Source of the DNA: Eubacteriales bacterium
GTDB lineage: Bacteria > Bacillota > Clostridia > Lachnospirales > Lachnospiraceae
Length of the DNA stretch: 64,000 bases
NCBI GenBank assembly: GCA_030524175.1
Contig: JAUNHC010000010.1
Span: 68,411-132,410 of the forward strand
Reading direction: 5' to 3'
Positions within the stretch are counted from its first letter, which is position 1. The number at the start of each line of letters is the position of its first letter. The notes below the pieces were generated by a model, which was given only the letters and a program-made list of their open reading frames with translations, was not told where the DNA came from and did not search any database. Below are positions 49,065-57,521 of this stretch, piece by piece. Position numbers and translations under genes: made by a program.

Positions 49065-50489
49065 CTATAAGGGAATATTTCCATGCTTCCCACCATTACT
49101 TTCAATACAGCCGTCAAGCTCCCTGATCATAGTCTGCCGTGTATTCACCGGCTCCAGAATCCTATCTATCCATCCCTTTTCCACTGCTTTTTCTAAATTC
49201 AGGAAATTATTCCGGTACTCCTGACTTTTTTCCAGGTATGTACTCTTATAGTTTCCTGATTCCTGTGCAGCTTTCAACTCCTTTTTATACAGAACACCAA
49301 GAGCACTTTCTTCTCCCATTACCGCAACCTTTGCGCCAGGCCAGGCAAAAACCCGGTCAGCTCCAAGTGTTTTGCATCCCATAGCAATATATGCACCCCC
49401 AAAGGATTTTCTTATGATAGTGGTGATCCTCATCACGGATGCCTCTCCAAAAGCATAAAGCAGTTTCGCTCCCTCACGGATAATACCCTTCATTTCCTGT
49501 TCTACTCCCGGCATGAACCCTGGCGTATCAACAAAAGACAATATAGGTATCCCAAAGGAATCACAGGTACGTATAAATCTGCCGCCTTTCATTCCTGCTG
49601 CACAATCCAGCACACCGCCCATGAAGGCCGGCTGGTTTGCAAGAATTCCCACGGTTTTTCCTCCGATTCGCCCAAAGCCTGTAATCAGATTCTCCGCGTA
49701 ACCCTCCATATATTCCAAAAAACTGCTCTCATCCAATATTCTCATAAGGAGTGATTTCATATCATAAATCTGATTTTCCCGTTCCGGTAAAATAGAATAT
49801 GGATCATCCAAAGACGCAAGCGCCTGACAGCTATTGGCTTCACCGGAACCTCCTGTCTCTTTACAAGTCAGAAGCTGTATGAGCTGCTGCACTTTCTTCA
49901 AGCATTCTTCTAAGGTTTCACAGCAAAAATGAGACACACCGCTTTTTTTCCTATGCCCTGCCGCACCTCCTAACTCCTCGTGGGAAACTTTCTGGCCGAT
50001 TGCCGTCCTGACTACACTTGGTCCTGTAATATATAAATGGCTAAGATTTTCCACCGTAAAAACAAAGTCGCATAAACCAGGACCATAGGCAGCACCTCCG
50101 GCACAGTTACCTGCAATAACAGAAATCTGAGGAATTTTCCCTGATGCCTGGATGTGTTCCCTGAAAATCGCACCATAGGCAAGCAAGGCGCCCATACCGT
50201 CCTGAATTTTTGCTCCTGCCGAATCATTGATACAGATCAGAGGACACCCTTCCTGGCCTGCCTGTCTCACAAGGGCCGCAATTTTTTCTCCCTGGTCCCA
50301 TCCAAGAGCTGCTCCATGTATGCAGAAATCCTGAGCATAGGCAAACACCTTTTTTCCTGCGATCGTTCCCGTTGCCGTAATCACTCCAAGCTCATTCTCT
50401 TCTTTTTTCTCCCGAAGATCCACTTCCCTGAAGCTGCCCATGTCCACAAGAAATTCAAGCCACGCTCTTGCTTTTTTTTCATTTTTCAT
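49065..50489 (-). CDS. Acyl-CoA carboxylase/decarboxylase carboxyltransferase subunit (PccB/MmdA-like)
   Basis: DSAGAKIQDG, SGKIPQIS, CAGGAAY, ITGPSVV, ELGGA, DTPGFMPG, FGGAYIAM. Confidence 0.9.
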   Translation of the reverse strand: MKNEKKARAWLEFLVDMGSFREVDLREKKEENELGVITATGTIAGKKVFAYAQDFCIHGAALGWDQGEKIAALVRQAGQEGCPLICINDSAGAKIQDGMGALLAYGAIFREHIQASGKIPQISVIAGNCAGGAAYGPGLCDFVFTVENLSHLYITGPSVVRTAIGQKVSHEELGGAAGHRKKSGVSHFCCETLEECLKKVQQLIQLLTCKETGGSGEANSCQALASLDDPYSILPERENQIYDMKSLLMRILDESSFLEYMEGYAENLITGFGRIGGKTVGILANQPAFMGGVLDCAAGMKGGRFIRTCDSFGIPILSFVDTPGFMPGVEQEMKGIIREGAKLLYAFGEASVMRITTIIRKSFGGAYIAMGCKTLGADRVFAWPGAKVAVMGEESALGVLYKKELKAAQESGNYKSTYLEKSQEYRNNFLNLEKAVEKGWIDRILEPVNTRQTMIRELDGCIESNGGKHGNIPL

Positions 50490-50503
50490 CTGCTGACCAC
50501 ATC

Positions 50504-51529
50504 CTATCTCTTAAGTAACATACACATATAATTCCCTGCCGTATCAAGACCGGTTACCAGTATTGATGATATCTTCTCTTCCTTTCGGCTTAATCCCTTT
50601 GGCAGCCGTCCTTTTTTGAGACATAAAGCTCCTATACATATACTCAATGCAAAGGATGCCCCCAAAGTTTCCCCCAGCATGCTCTTTAATCCGGAAACAG
50701 CTATACTGTTGGGAAACCTTCTGCATACTGTCTCAGCTTCCGCCGCATCAAAGGATGTTCCGTTATCACACATAAGCACCGCTTCCGGTATCTCGTCCTG
50801 CACACATTGGGATAATGCCTGCTCTATAAGCTCGCCTGCGTTTTCATCCAGCTTTTCCAATACAGGATATTGTCCAAGGCTGCTGATACCGCTGCCTTCC
50901 ACGCTGCAGTAGGCTGGCTCCGAATTTTCCCCGCACGTGAGATAAACCACCCCGGCACCTTCATACAGAGGTGCTTTCATACCCGCTGAAGCATTTTCTA
51001 TCAATGAAAACAATTCGTCATGAAATTCATCTAAAGACCCAGTCAATATTCCGTGAGCCTTTCCCCTGGACAGAAGAAGCTTACTGTAAGCAATAGGGTT
51101 TCCTGCTGTGAGCATGGTGCTGACTCCCTTAAGCTTCAGCAAAATACAAGTCTGCCCCACGCATGCGTTGGGTACTGTTCTGGTAAACTCTGTCGGACTG
51201 CATAAATCCGGATTTCCCTGGGCAACCTCATGGCAGAATTTAAGATTGGACGTAATTCCCCTGTACCCGGTAGAAAAAATAGTTCCTATGGAAAAATCAT
51301 CTTCCTCTCTTTCCGCACCTGTGTCCTGCAGCGCCCTGACGGATGCACCAAGACAGAGCTTAGCGTACCGGTTCATCCGCCTCAGCTTTGCAGGCGGCAG
51401 CGAAACATTTAAAGGAAGGGCTTCTCTCTGCCTGGCTGCAGGTTTTCCCGCCTCCAATGCCGCCCACACCATATCCTTGTCATCCCCAAGTGCACTGATC
51501 ATGCCAATTCCCGTTATTACTGTTTTCAT
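50504..51529 (-). CDS. Catalytically inactive ketosynthase homolog (chain-length factor / KS-beta-like)
   Basis: VITGIGMISALG start and SPTEFTRTVPNA motif; no ACAS cysteine; His positions read DNGT and GE. Confidence 0.75.
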   Translation of the reverse strand: MKTVITGIGMISALGDDKDMVWAALEAGKPAARQREALPLNVSLPPAKLRRMNRYAKLCLGASVRALQDTGAEREEDDFSIGTIFSTGYRGITSNLKFCHEVAQGNPDLCSPTEFTRTVPNACVGQTCILLKLKGVSTMLTAGNPIAYSKLLLSRGKAHGILTGSLDEFHDELFSLIENASAGMKAPLYEGAGVVYLTCGENSEPAYCSVEGSGISSLGQYPVLEKLDENAGELIEQALSQCVQDEIPEAVLMCDNGTSFDAAEAETVCRRFPNSIAVSGLKSMLGETLGASFALSICIGALCLKKGRLPKGLSRKEEKISSILVTGLDTAGNYMCMLLKR

Positions 51530-51532
51530 ACC

Positions 51533-51961
51533 CTATTTCTCCTGTCTGCGCATACAGCAAGTGATAGTTCCCTTTGCCACCGCCATATTGTCCAAATAAG
51601 CAACACATCTTATCTTCCAGAATCCACATACCTCACTTAACCGTACCGCATCAATTTTCAATAAGTCACCTGGCACACAGGGGTGCAGAAATTTCATATC
51701 CTCTACCCGGGCCAGCACCGGGTAAGTGTGCGTATCACACTGAGATCCCATTAGGATCAGGGCCGTCTGTGCCATAGTCTCTATTAAAAGAACGCCGGGG
51801 AACACAGGATTTTCCGGAAAATGTCCGGCGCACCAGAATTCATTTTCTGTAATCTTTTTAGTCCCCTGCACTTTTTCCCCGGGAATTAAAATTTCCACCT
51901 GGTCAGGCATAAGCATAGGTTCCCGGTAAGGAAGTACCTTTTTCAATTCCTCTCTGTTCAT
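51533..51961 (-). CDS. fabZ: 3-hydroxyacyl-ACP dehydratase (DH)
   Basis: LPYREPML, GHFPENPVFPGVLLIETMAQ. Confidence 0.9.
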   Translation of the reverse strand: MNREELKKVLPYREPMLMPDQVEILIPGEKVQGTKKITENEFWCAGHFPENPVFPGVLLIETMAQTALILMGSQCDTHTYPVLARVEDMKFLHPCVPGDLLKIDAVRLSEVCGFWKIRCVAYLDNMAVAKGTITCCMRRQEK

Positions 51962-53169
51962 ACACTGCCTCCTTTTCCTATCAGAAGGCTGGCTGTATTC
52001 CCGCCAAAGGCAAAAGAATTTGACAACGCATATTCAATGACGCAAGGTTCTGAATCACTGTTTATATTGATTCCTTGCCCTTCCTCCAGCTTTGTTTCCA
52101 GGTGAGGCATGGGAAAAAGGAGCTGGTGTCCCATCATCAATAAGATCGCAGCCAGTTCAACAGCACCGCTGGCCCCCATGCAATGGCCGGTCAGAGCCTT
52201 GGTTGAATTCATATGGACTCCCTTGGGAAATAAGCTTTGTACCGCTTTAGACTCCATAGCATCATTCAACGCTGTCCCTGTACCGTGTGCATTGATATAA
52301 TCAATTTGATCCGGTGCAATACCGCCCTCTTCCAACGCCATTTTCATAGATGCTTTTGCACCTGAACCGTCAGGGTCAGGACTGGTTACGTGGTAGGCAT
52401 CGTTATTTAATCCATATCCTAATATCTCTGCATAAACCGGGACTCCTCTTTTTTGGGCTGATTCCATGGTTTCCATAAGAAAAAATGCACTTCCTTCCCC
52501 AATATTGATCCCATCCCGGTTCTGATCCATAGGGTTTGTAATTCCGCAGCTTAATGCTTTCAGCACATGAAATCCTGCTGCGCCCACTTCCGTAAGGGGA
52601 TCAGTACCTCCTGCCACAGCCATGTCACATATTCCCTCCTTGAGGAAATCATATGCCATACCCAATGCAGTAGTTCCCGAAGCACAGGCTGCCTCACAGG
52701 CATACACACCGCCCCTTACACCTACATTTTTCTGAAGCCAGTACAAATACTGAGACTCACGTTCAATCCAGCCGCCGGCATCCTTTCCTTCCATGCATTT
52801 TTGGGTATATCCCATAAATCTGGACGTGGTCCCCAGAAGAGAACCACAGAAAACAGACGCCTTAGGCCCCAATTTTTCCATCTCTTCGCTGGAAAACCTT
52901 CCATCCTGAAACATTTCCTTGAGCGCTTTCTCCATGAGCCATTCCATACGGCTCTCTTCATACGGTTCCTGGGGAGTACAGGGCAAAGGAATATCTGCCT
53001 GTCCGAAATAGGAGGTACGCAGCTGCTCCACCGGGTAAATATCTGCCTTCCGGATTCCCAAGACTCCTCTCCGGCAATTTTCAAAAAACCTTTCTTTCCC
53101 TATCCCGTTGCTTGCCGCAACACCGAATCCGGTAATTACAATCCGTCTGTCAGATATCATATCTGTCAC
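51958..53169 (-). CDS. Active beta-ketoacyl-ACP synthase (FabF / KS-alpha-like)
   Basis: ACASG (Cys), AHGTGT (His), TGHCMGASG (His), SNSFAFGGN. Confidence 0.92.
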   Translation of the reverse strand: MTDMISDRRIVITGFGVAASNGIGKERFFENCRRGVLGIRKADIYPVEQLRTSYFGQADIPLPCTPQEPYEESRMEWLMEKALKEMFQDGRFSSEEMEKLGPKASVFCGSLLGTTSRFMGYTQKCMEGKDAGGWIERESQYLYWLQKNVGVRGGVYACEAACASGTTALGMAYDFLKEGICDMAVAGGTDPLTEVGAAGFHVLKALSCGITNPMDQNRDGINIGEGSAFFLMETMESAQKRGVPVYAEILGYGLNNDAYHVTSPDPDGSGAKASMKMALEEGGIAPDQIDYINAHGTGTALNDAMESKAVQSLFPKGVHMNSTKALTGHCMGASGAVELAAILLMMGHQLLFPMPHLETKLEEGQGININSDSEPCVIEYALSNSFAFGGNTASLLIGKGGSV

Positions 53170-53444
53170 CCTTTCCTTGCTTCAATGAAATCCGCCACCT
53201 GATCAATGGAGCGCAGGATTTTAAAATCCTCATCCTTTACCTTTATTTCATATTTTGTCTCAATGAGAACAGCAAGTTCCAGAGAATCTATGGAATCCAG
53301 TCCCATCCCGTCATCTCCGTCCTCCATGTCGCTGGAAAACAACGGCCAGTCATACTGGTAATTTTCCTTATCAAAATCTTCCATCTCCACCGCTTCAAGG
53401 ATCCCCTCAAGCAGCTCTTCTTTTAATTTCATATTCGTACTCAT
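53166..53444 (-). CDS. Acyl carrier protein
   Basis: Acidic 92 aa protein with GLDSIDSLEL phosphopantetheine site. Confidence 0.9.
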   Translation of the reverse strand: MSTNMKLKEELLEGILEAVEMEDFDKENYQYDWPLFSSDMEDGDDGMGLDSIDSLELAVLIETKYEIKVKDEDFKILRSIDQVADFIEARKG

Positions 53445-53553
53445 ATTTTACCTCCTGGTTTTAATCACACTTTCCAGTTTGAGAAAAGCGGTATATGCCG
53501 CCGATTGAACATACACCGCTTTTAAGTTTTAACTCATTTCTTAAATATGTATC

Positions 53554-53856
53554 TTATAATATGTCAATATTTCCGGCACCATTAGAACAGCTTACGTATG
53601 ACCCTTTGCCGCCTGCAACATTGTCCAAATCATCTTCAGACATCTCAGCTTCGCCGCCTAAGTATTCTTTTGCTTCTGCTGCTGAAATTTCAAATCCCAT
53701 TTTTTTTGCCAAAGGCTCCAACGCCTCCAGTGTTTCCTCTGTTACATTTTCAAGAGCGGTTCCCGGTGCATTGTATTTTAATACAATCTCCTTGAATTCC
53801 TTGAAGCTTTCCTCATCGGCTGTTACTTTGCTGTAAAAATCCATAAATTTACTCAT
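53554..53856 (-). CDS. Nif11-like RiPP precursor A5 (core KGSYVSCSNGAGNIDIL)
   Basis: Leader KFMDFY...AKKMGFEIS...EMSEDDLDNVAGG. Confidence 0.88.
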   Translation of the reverse strand: MSKFMDFYSKVTADEESFKEFKEIVLKYNAPGTALENVTEETLEALEPLAKKMGFEISAAEAKEYLGGEAEMSEDDLDNVAGGKGSYVSCSNGAGNIDIL

Positions 53857-53935
53857 GTTTCTTCCTCCTTATCGGTTTTGTCTTTTTTATTATAAAAATC
53901 TATGAAAGATTTTTATATCGTTGTAATTTACAAAT

Positions 53936-55315
53936 CTATTCCAATATTCTCTCTATTTTCTCTTTATAGTGTCCCTGCCAAAAAGTGCAGGCAATGGCAT
54001 CTTTCCCAAAATAGTCATTGGCTGAACACAGCGGATTTGCCCTGCAGCTTTTACACTGCAACCGGTTTTCACAGTTTCCGCATTCGGGATTATGCTCAAA
54101 TAAATCTTCCTGAGCTTTATCCACCAGCTCTGTATAGGAAGAATTGGTAAGAAGCTCCTCTAATGAATATTCCCAAACATCAGGCGCCTCATCTTCAACA
54201 GATGTACCGCTCATGGCAATACATGGAATAAAACGGCCGTCTGCCATTAAATATGGATGACGCCGTGCACTCTGGCAAAGATACTGACTACCATTCTCTC
54301 CTTGTTCAGACGGAAGCTTCCAGGAGCCGTCTTTATACCCAAAATAAAATCCCATAATTCCTATTCCGATGGGATATTCATCTTTTTTATAAAGAGACAG
54401 TAATTGTAAATAGTTATCGAAAAGCACCTCTGTACTTAATTTTCTTTTATTTTCTTCCTTTTTCCAATTTCCTGCATCCATAACAGGACCTAGCTTCCAC
54501 ATATCCACATCAAGTTCTTTCATAAGCTCGTAAGTGGCAAAAAGCGAGTCTATATTATTTTCATGAAAAACAGTTGTGACAATAACTCTGTACCCTTCTT
54601 TTTTTAAAAGTCTGACAGCATCAATAGCTTTTTTTTCGCTTCCCTCTACTCTGCGAAGCCATTCATGGCAGCCAACTCCGTCAAAGCTGATCAAAAAAAT
54701 AGGATTAAATTCCCTGACCCTGCATTGTTCTACAAACTCATCATCTATCAGCATGCCGTTGGTAAACAAATTGATGATATGTATTTTTCGTTTCAACAGC
54801 ATATCAACAATTGTCCAGAAATCTTTTCTGACCAATGGCTCTCCGCCTGTAAGAGCAACTGCAGAAATATTTGCTTCAACCATTTGTTCAATGATCTCCT
54901 CACACTTTTCCAAAGGTAGCTCTCCGTATTTATTCTCTCCACTGCAAACATAACAATGCCTGCAGCGGAGATTGCATTTCCCTGTTATAGACCAGAGGAC
55001 AGAATGGATATACCTGGCCGATGTTTTGTGGTATCTCTGCCAGGAACTCAGCATTGTCTTTTCGCCGGAATATTCCAGGATTCCCAGCTCGACAGCTTTC
55101 TCTGCCAGTCTCCGGTATCTGCGTGGAAAAAAGGGAGAATCTGCCTCAACACCTGAAGCGGCCAACTCCAACGCATAAAACTGCTCCTTGCTTAACATCA
55201 GCCGATTACGTCCCTGACTGCCAATATCAGTTAATCCATAGGGTTCATTTTCCCATCCTCTTAATGCAAACTGATTCTTAAGGTGATAGTACTTCTTGTT
55301 CCTCTCCATTTCCAC
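53936..55315 (-). CDS. Radical SAM/SPASM peptide maturase
   Basis: CNLRCRHC, LTGGEP, SFDG; SPASM Cx12Gx4C...Cx2Cx5Cx2C-x18-C; ~100-aa N-terminal extension (RRE-like). Confidence 0.9.
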   Translation of the reverse strand: MEMERNKKYYHLKNQFALRGWENEPYGLTDIGSQGRNRLMLSKEQFYALELAASGVEADSPFFPRRYRRLAEKAVELGILEYSGEKTMLSSWQRYHKTSARYIHSVLWSITGKCNLRCRHCYVCSGENKYGELPLEKCEEIIEQMVEANISAVALTGGEPLVRKDFWTIVDMLLKRKIHIINLFTNGMLIDDEFVEQCRVREFNPIFLISFDGVGCHEWLRRVEGSEKKAIDAVRLLKKEGYRVIVTTVFHENNIDSLFATYELMKELDVDMWKLGPVMDAGNWKKEENKRKLSTEVLFDNYLQLLSLYKKDEYPIGIGIMGFYFGYKDGSWKLPSEQGENGSQYLCQSARRHPYLMADGRFIPCIAMSGTSVEDEAPDVWEYSLEELLTNSSYTELVDKAQEDLFEHNPECGNCENRLQCKSCRANPLCSANDYFGKDAIACTFWQGHYKEKIERILE

Positions 55316-55357
55316 CTTCTCATCTTCTCCTTTTATACATAAACGTATATTGTAAAC

Positions 55358-55642
55358 TTAATAATAGACATAGACATCGCCTTTCCCGCCTGCTACTGAA
55401 TCAAGCTCATTCTCTGAAAGTTCCATCTCATCCACACTGAAAAACTCTGCTGCTTCCTCTGCTGTTATATCAAACCCGCACCTCGAACAAAGTGGTACCA
55501 GATCTTCAAAGGTTTCCCTGGAAACTTTATTCATAGGCGTGCCCTTTTTATTATGCCGAAGATATATATTTTTGAATTCTTCTTCAAGTTCTTTATCAGC
55601 TGTAATTGTGTTATAAAACTCCATGAACTTATTATCTCTCAT
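55358..55642 (-). CDS. Nif11-like RiPP precursor A4 (core KGDVYVYY)
   Basis: Leader ends ELSENELDSVAGG; ATG after GGAGG. Confidence 0.88.
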   Translation of the reverse strand: MRDNKFMEFYNTITADKELEEEFKNIYLRHNKKGTPMNKVSRETFEDLVPLCSRCGFDITAEEAAEFFSVDEMELSENELDSVAGGKGDVYVYY

Positions 55643-55994
55643 GTAAATAGCCTCCAATCGTAATTTTTCGCTTTCCCTTCAACGAACCAATCTCAATTTC
55701 TATTGATTGTGCCCCCTCACCATCGTAGACATAGTTCTTACCTTTACCTCCAGCAACAGAATCCAGATCATCCTCGTCAAGTTCTATCTCTTCTCCGGAA
55801 AAATACTCCACCGCTTCCTCAGGCTTAATGGAATATCCCATATCTTCTGCCATTTTTCCTACTTCCTTCCATGCCTCTTCCCCAATATCGGCAAAAGATG
55901 CTGCATTAGGGTGGTATTTCAGTAAAATCTCCTGAAATTCCTTTTCTTTGCCTGACTCTGTAAGCTTTTCATAAAACTGCTGAAATTTATCCAT
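55632..55994 (-). CDS. Nif11-like RiPP precursor A3 (core KGKNYVYDGEGAQSIEI...)
   Basis: Leader ends ELDEDDLDSVAGG. Confidence 0.85.
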   Translation of the reverse strand: MDKFQQFYEKLTESGKEKEFQEILLKYHPNAASFADIGEEAWKEVGKMAEDMGYSIKPEEAVEYFSGEEIELDEDDLDSVAGGKGKNYVYDGEGAQSIEIEIGSLKGKRKITIGGYLHER

Positions 55995-56005
55995 TTAATC
56001 TCCTT

Positions 56006-56296
56006 TCACGGATAATGATGGTATGTATTATATTTGCCACCAGCAATACTATCCAGTTCTTCATCACATAGTTCCCGTTCATCTTCGCTGAAAAATTTGT
56101 TCAGATCCTCTTTTGTTATGGTATATCCGGCCGCCTCCGCCAACTTCAAAAATCCTTCTTTGGTTTCTTCAGATGCGTGATTAATGGACTTTCCAGAGTC
56201 TCCGCTGTCTTTTACAATCTGTTTAAACTGTCTCCAGATTTCAGGATTTTTCTCCATGTCCTGATAAAATGCCTGGACCTGATTCATATTTTTCAC
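56006..56296 (-). CDS. Nif11-like RiPP precursor A2 (core KYNTYHHYP)
   Basis: Leader ...LAEAAGYTIT...ELCDEELDSIAGG. Confidence 0.88.
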   Translation of the reverse strand: MKNMNQVQAFYQDMEKNPEIWRQFKQIVKDSGDSGKSINHASEETKEGFLKLAEAAGYTITKEDLNKFFSEDERELCDEELDSIAGGKYNTYHHYP

Positions 56297-56607
56297 CCCC
56301 AGCTTTCACTTGTCACATTACCATTTGCATCATAATAAATATCATGGTCGCCTTTACCGCCTCCGGCCACAGCATCTAACTCGCTTTCCTCCAGCTGTCT
56401 CTCGCCCTGGAAATATTCAATAGCTTCTTCAGATGTGATATGAAACCCAAGTTTTTCAGCCAAAGGCTCCAATGCGTTAAAGGTTTCAGCCGAAGCATCC
56501 TGAATAGGTGTATCAGATGAATTGTACTTAAGGAATATCTCTGCAAATTCCTTCCTTGCTGCCACATCATCGGAAATCCTTTTATAAAACTCTTTATACT
56601 TGTCCAT
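56293..56607 (-). CDS. Nif11-like RiPP precursor A1 (core GKGDHDIYYDANGNVTSESWG)
   Basis: Leader ...LAEKLGFHIT...QLEESELDAVAGG. Confidence 0.88.
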   Translation of the reverse strand: MDKYKEFYKRISDDVAARKEFAEIFLKYNSSDTPIQDASAETFNALEPLAEKLGFHITSEEAIEYFQGERQLEESELDAVAGGGKGDHDIYYDANGNVTSESWG

Positions 56608-56624
56608 TTCTACCTCCTTTTTTC

Positions 56625-57521
56625 CTATTCTGCTGCTTTTATAAAGTTATATTGAAGTTTTTCTTTTACAGTTACCTGCTTTAATATTTTGTCTGCAAAA
56701 GCAAGTGCCGGAAGATTCCCCTCATACATAGCATAGACTCCCCGCCTGCATCCCTCATTCCAGAACTGTTCCATGGTTTTTGCAAACGGCAGAAGCACAG
56801 TACCTTGGCTGATCATCTTCTGACAGGTTGAAATCTGCTCGAAGACAACACTGCTTTTGTCCACTTTGGATACCAGGCTGTATGCTGCGATCTCATCTCC
56901 CCGCACACACAGAAAACTCATGGTATCTGATACAGGCGTCCGTTTGCCTTCCAGAAATCCTCTGACATGAAGCTGATTACCATATTCATTTCCCTCTGAT
57001 CTCCGCAGCTTTTCCAGCCATTCCTCTCCGCATTCCCGGAATGATATTGTTACAAATCCTTGCTGTTCCAGCCAGGCGGCCAGCCGCTTTCCCTTACGGT
57101 CCATGTACTCATTCCAATGTATGAAGTCATCCCTCACACAAGTAAATAAGTGTACCTTATCTTTAATCATAAAGCCTTCCTGCTCAACCAATTTCTTTAG
57201 ACAGTCATACCATTCAGACTCTTCCTGTATTGAAAATTTCCACTCCTTCGTGCCTTTCTTTTCCCTAAGCTCATTGCGAAGCAGCATACCTGCATATCCT
57301 TTTCTGCGGAATTCCTCTCTCACAAACAGAAAACGGATATTCCTGTATTCACGTTCGTCTGTGACCAGGCAAAATCCCGCCGGCAAATGTTCTGCAAAAA
57401 GTACATGGAGACTTCCTTGAGTCAACTGTGCCTCTCTTGCAATTAAATCAACAAAGCGGCTTCTTAAATCCAGGAACAGAATCTGAAATTCCAGATATGA
57501 AACTTCTCTAAATGAAATCAT
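56625..57521 (-). CDS. Tandem GNAT-fold acyltransferase
   Basis: Motif A LFVREEFRRKGYAGMLL in the N-domain; second degenerate GNAT-like domain (EIAAYSLV..VFEQIS..EGNLPALAF); ATGA overlap with upstream gene. Confidence 0.75.
   Translation of the reverse strand: MISFREVSYLEFQILFLDLRSRFVDLIAREAQLTQGSLHVLFAEHLPAGFCLVTDEREYRNIRFLFVREEFRRKGYAGMLLRNELREKKGTKEWKFSIQEESEWYDCLKKLVEQEGFMIKDKVHLFTCVRDDFIHWNEYMDRKGKRLAAWLEQQGFVTISFRECGEEWLEKLRRSEGNEYGNQLHVRGFLEGKRTPVSDTMSFLCVRGDEIAAYSLVSKVDKSSVVFEQISTCQKMISQGTVLLPFAKTMEQFWNEGCRRGVYAMYEGNLPALAFADKILKQVTVKEKLQYNFIKAAE

Noticed and set aside
52567-53202. 211-aa plus-strand ORF, and other antisense ORFs such as 38025-38633, 24813-25370 and 42345-43064
   Set aside because: Shadow frames opposite well-supported genes, with no RBS or recognisable motifs
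48318-53444. Housekeeping fatty-acid synthesis (fab) operon
   Set aside because: Contains an inactive KS paralog, lacks fabD/fabH/fabK/accABC, and is fused into the RiPP operon
53936-55315. Calling the rSAM a splicease (PlpX-like) or ranthipeptide synthase
   Set aside because: Cores lack the Tyr-Gly motif and, except one Cys in A5, lack cysteines
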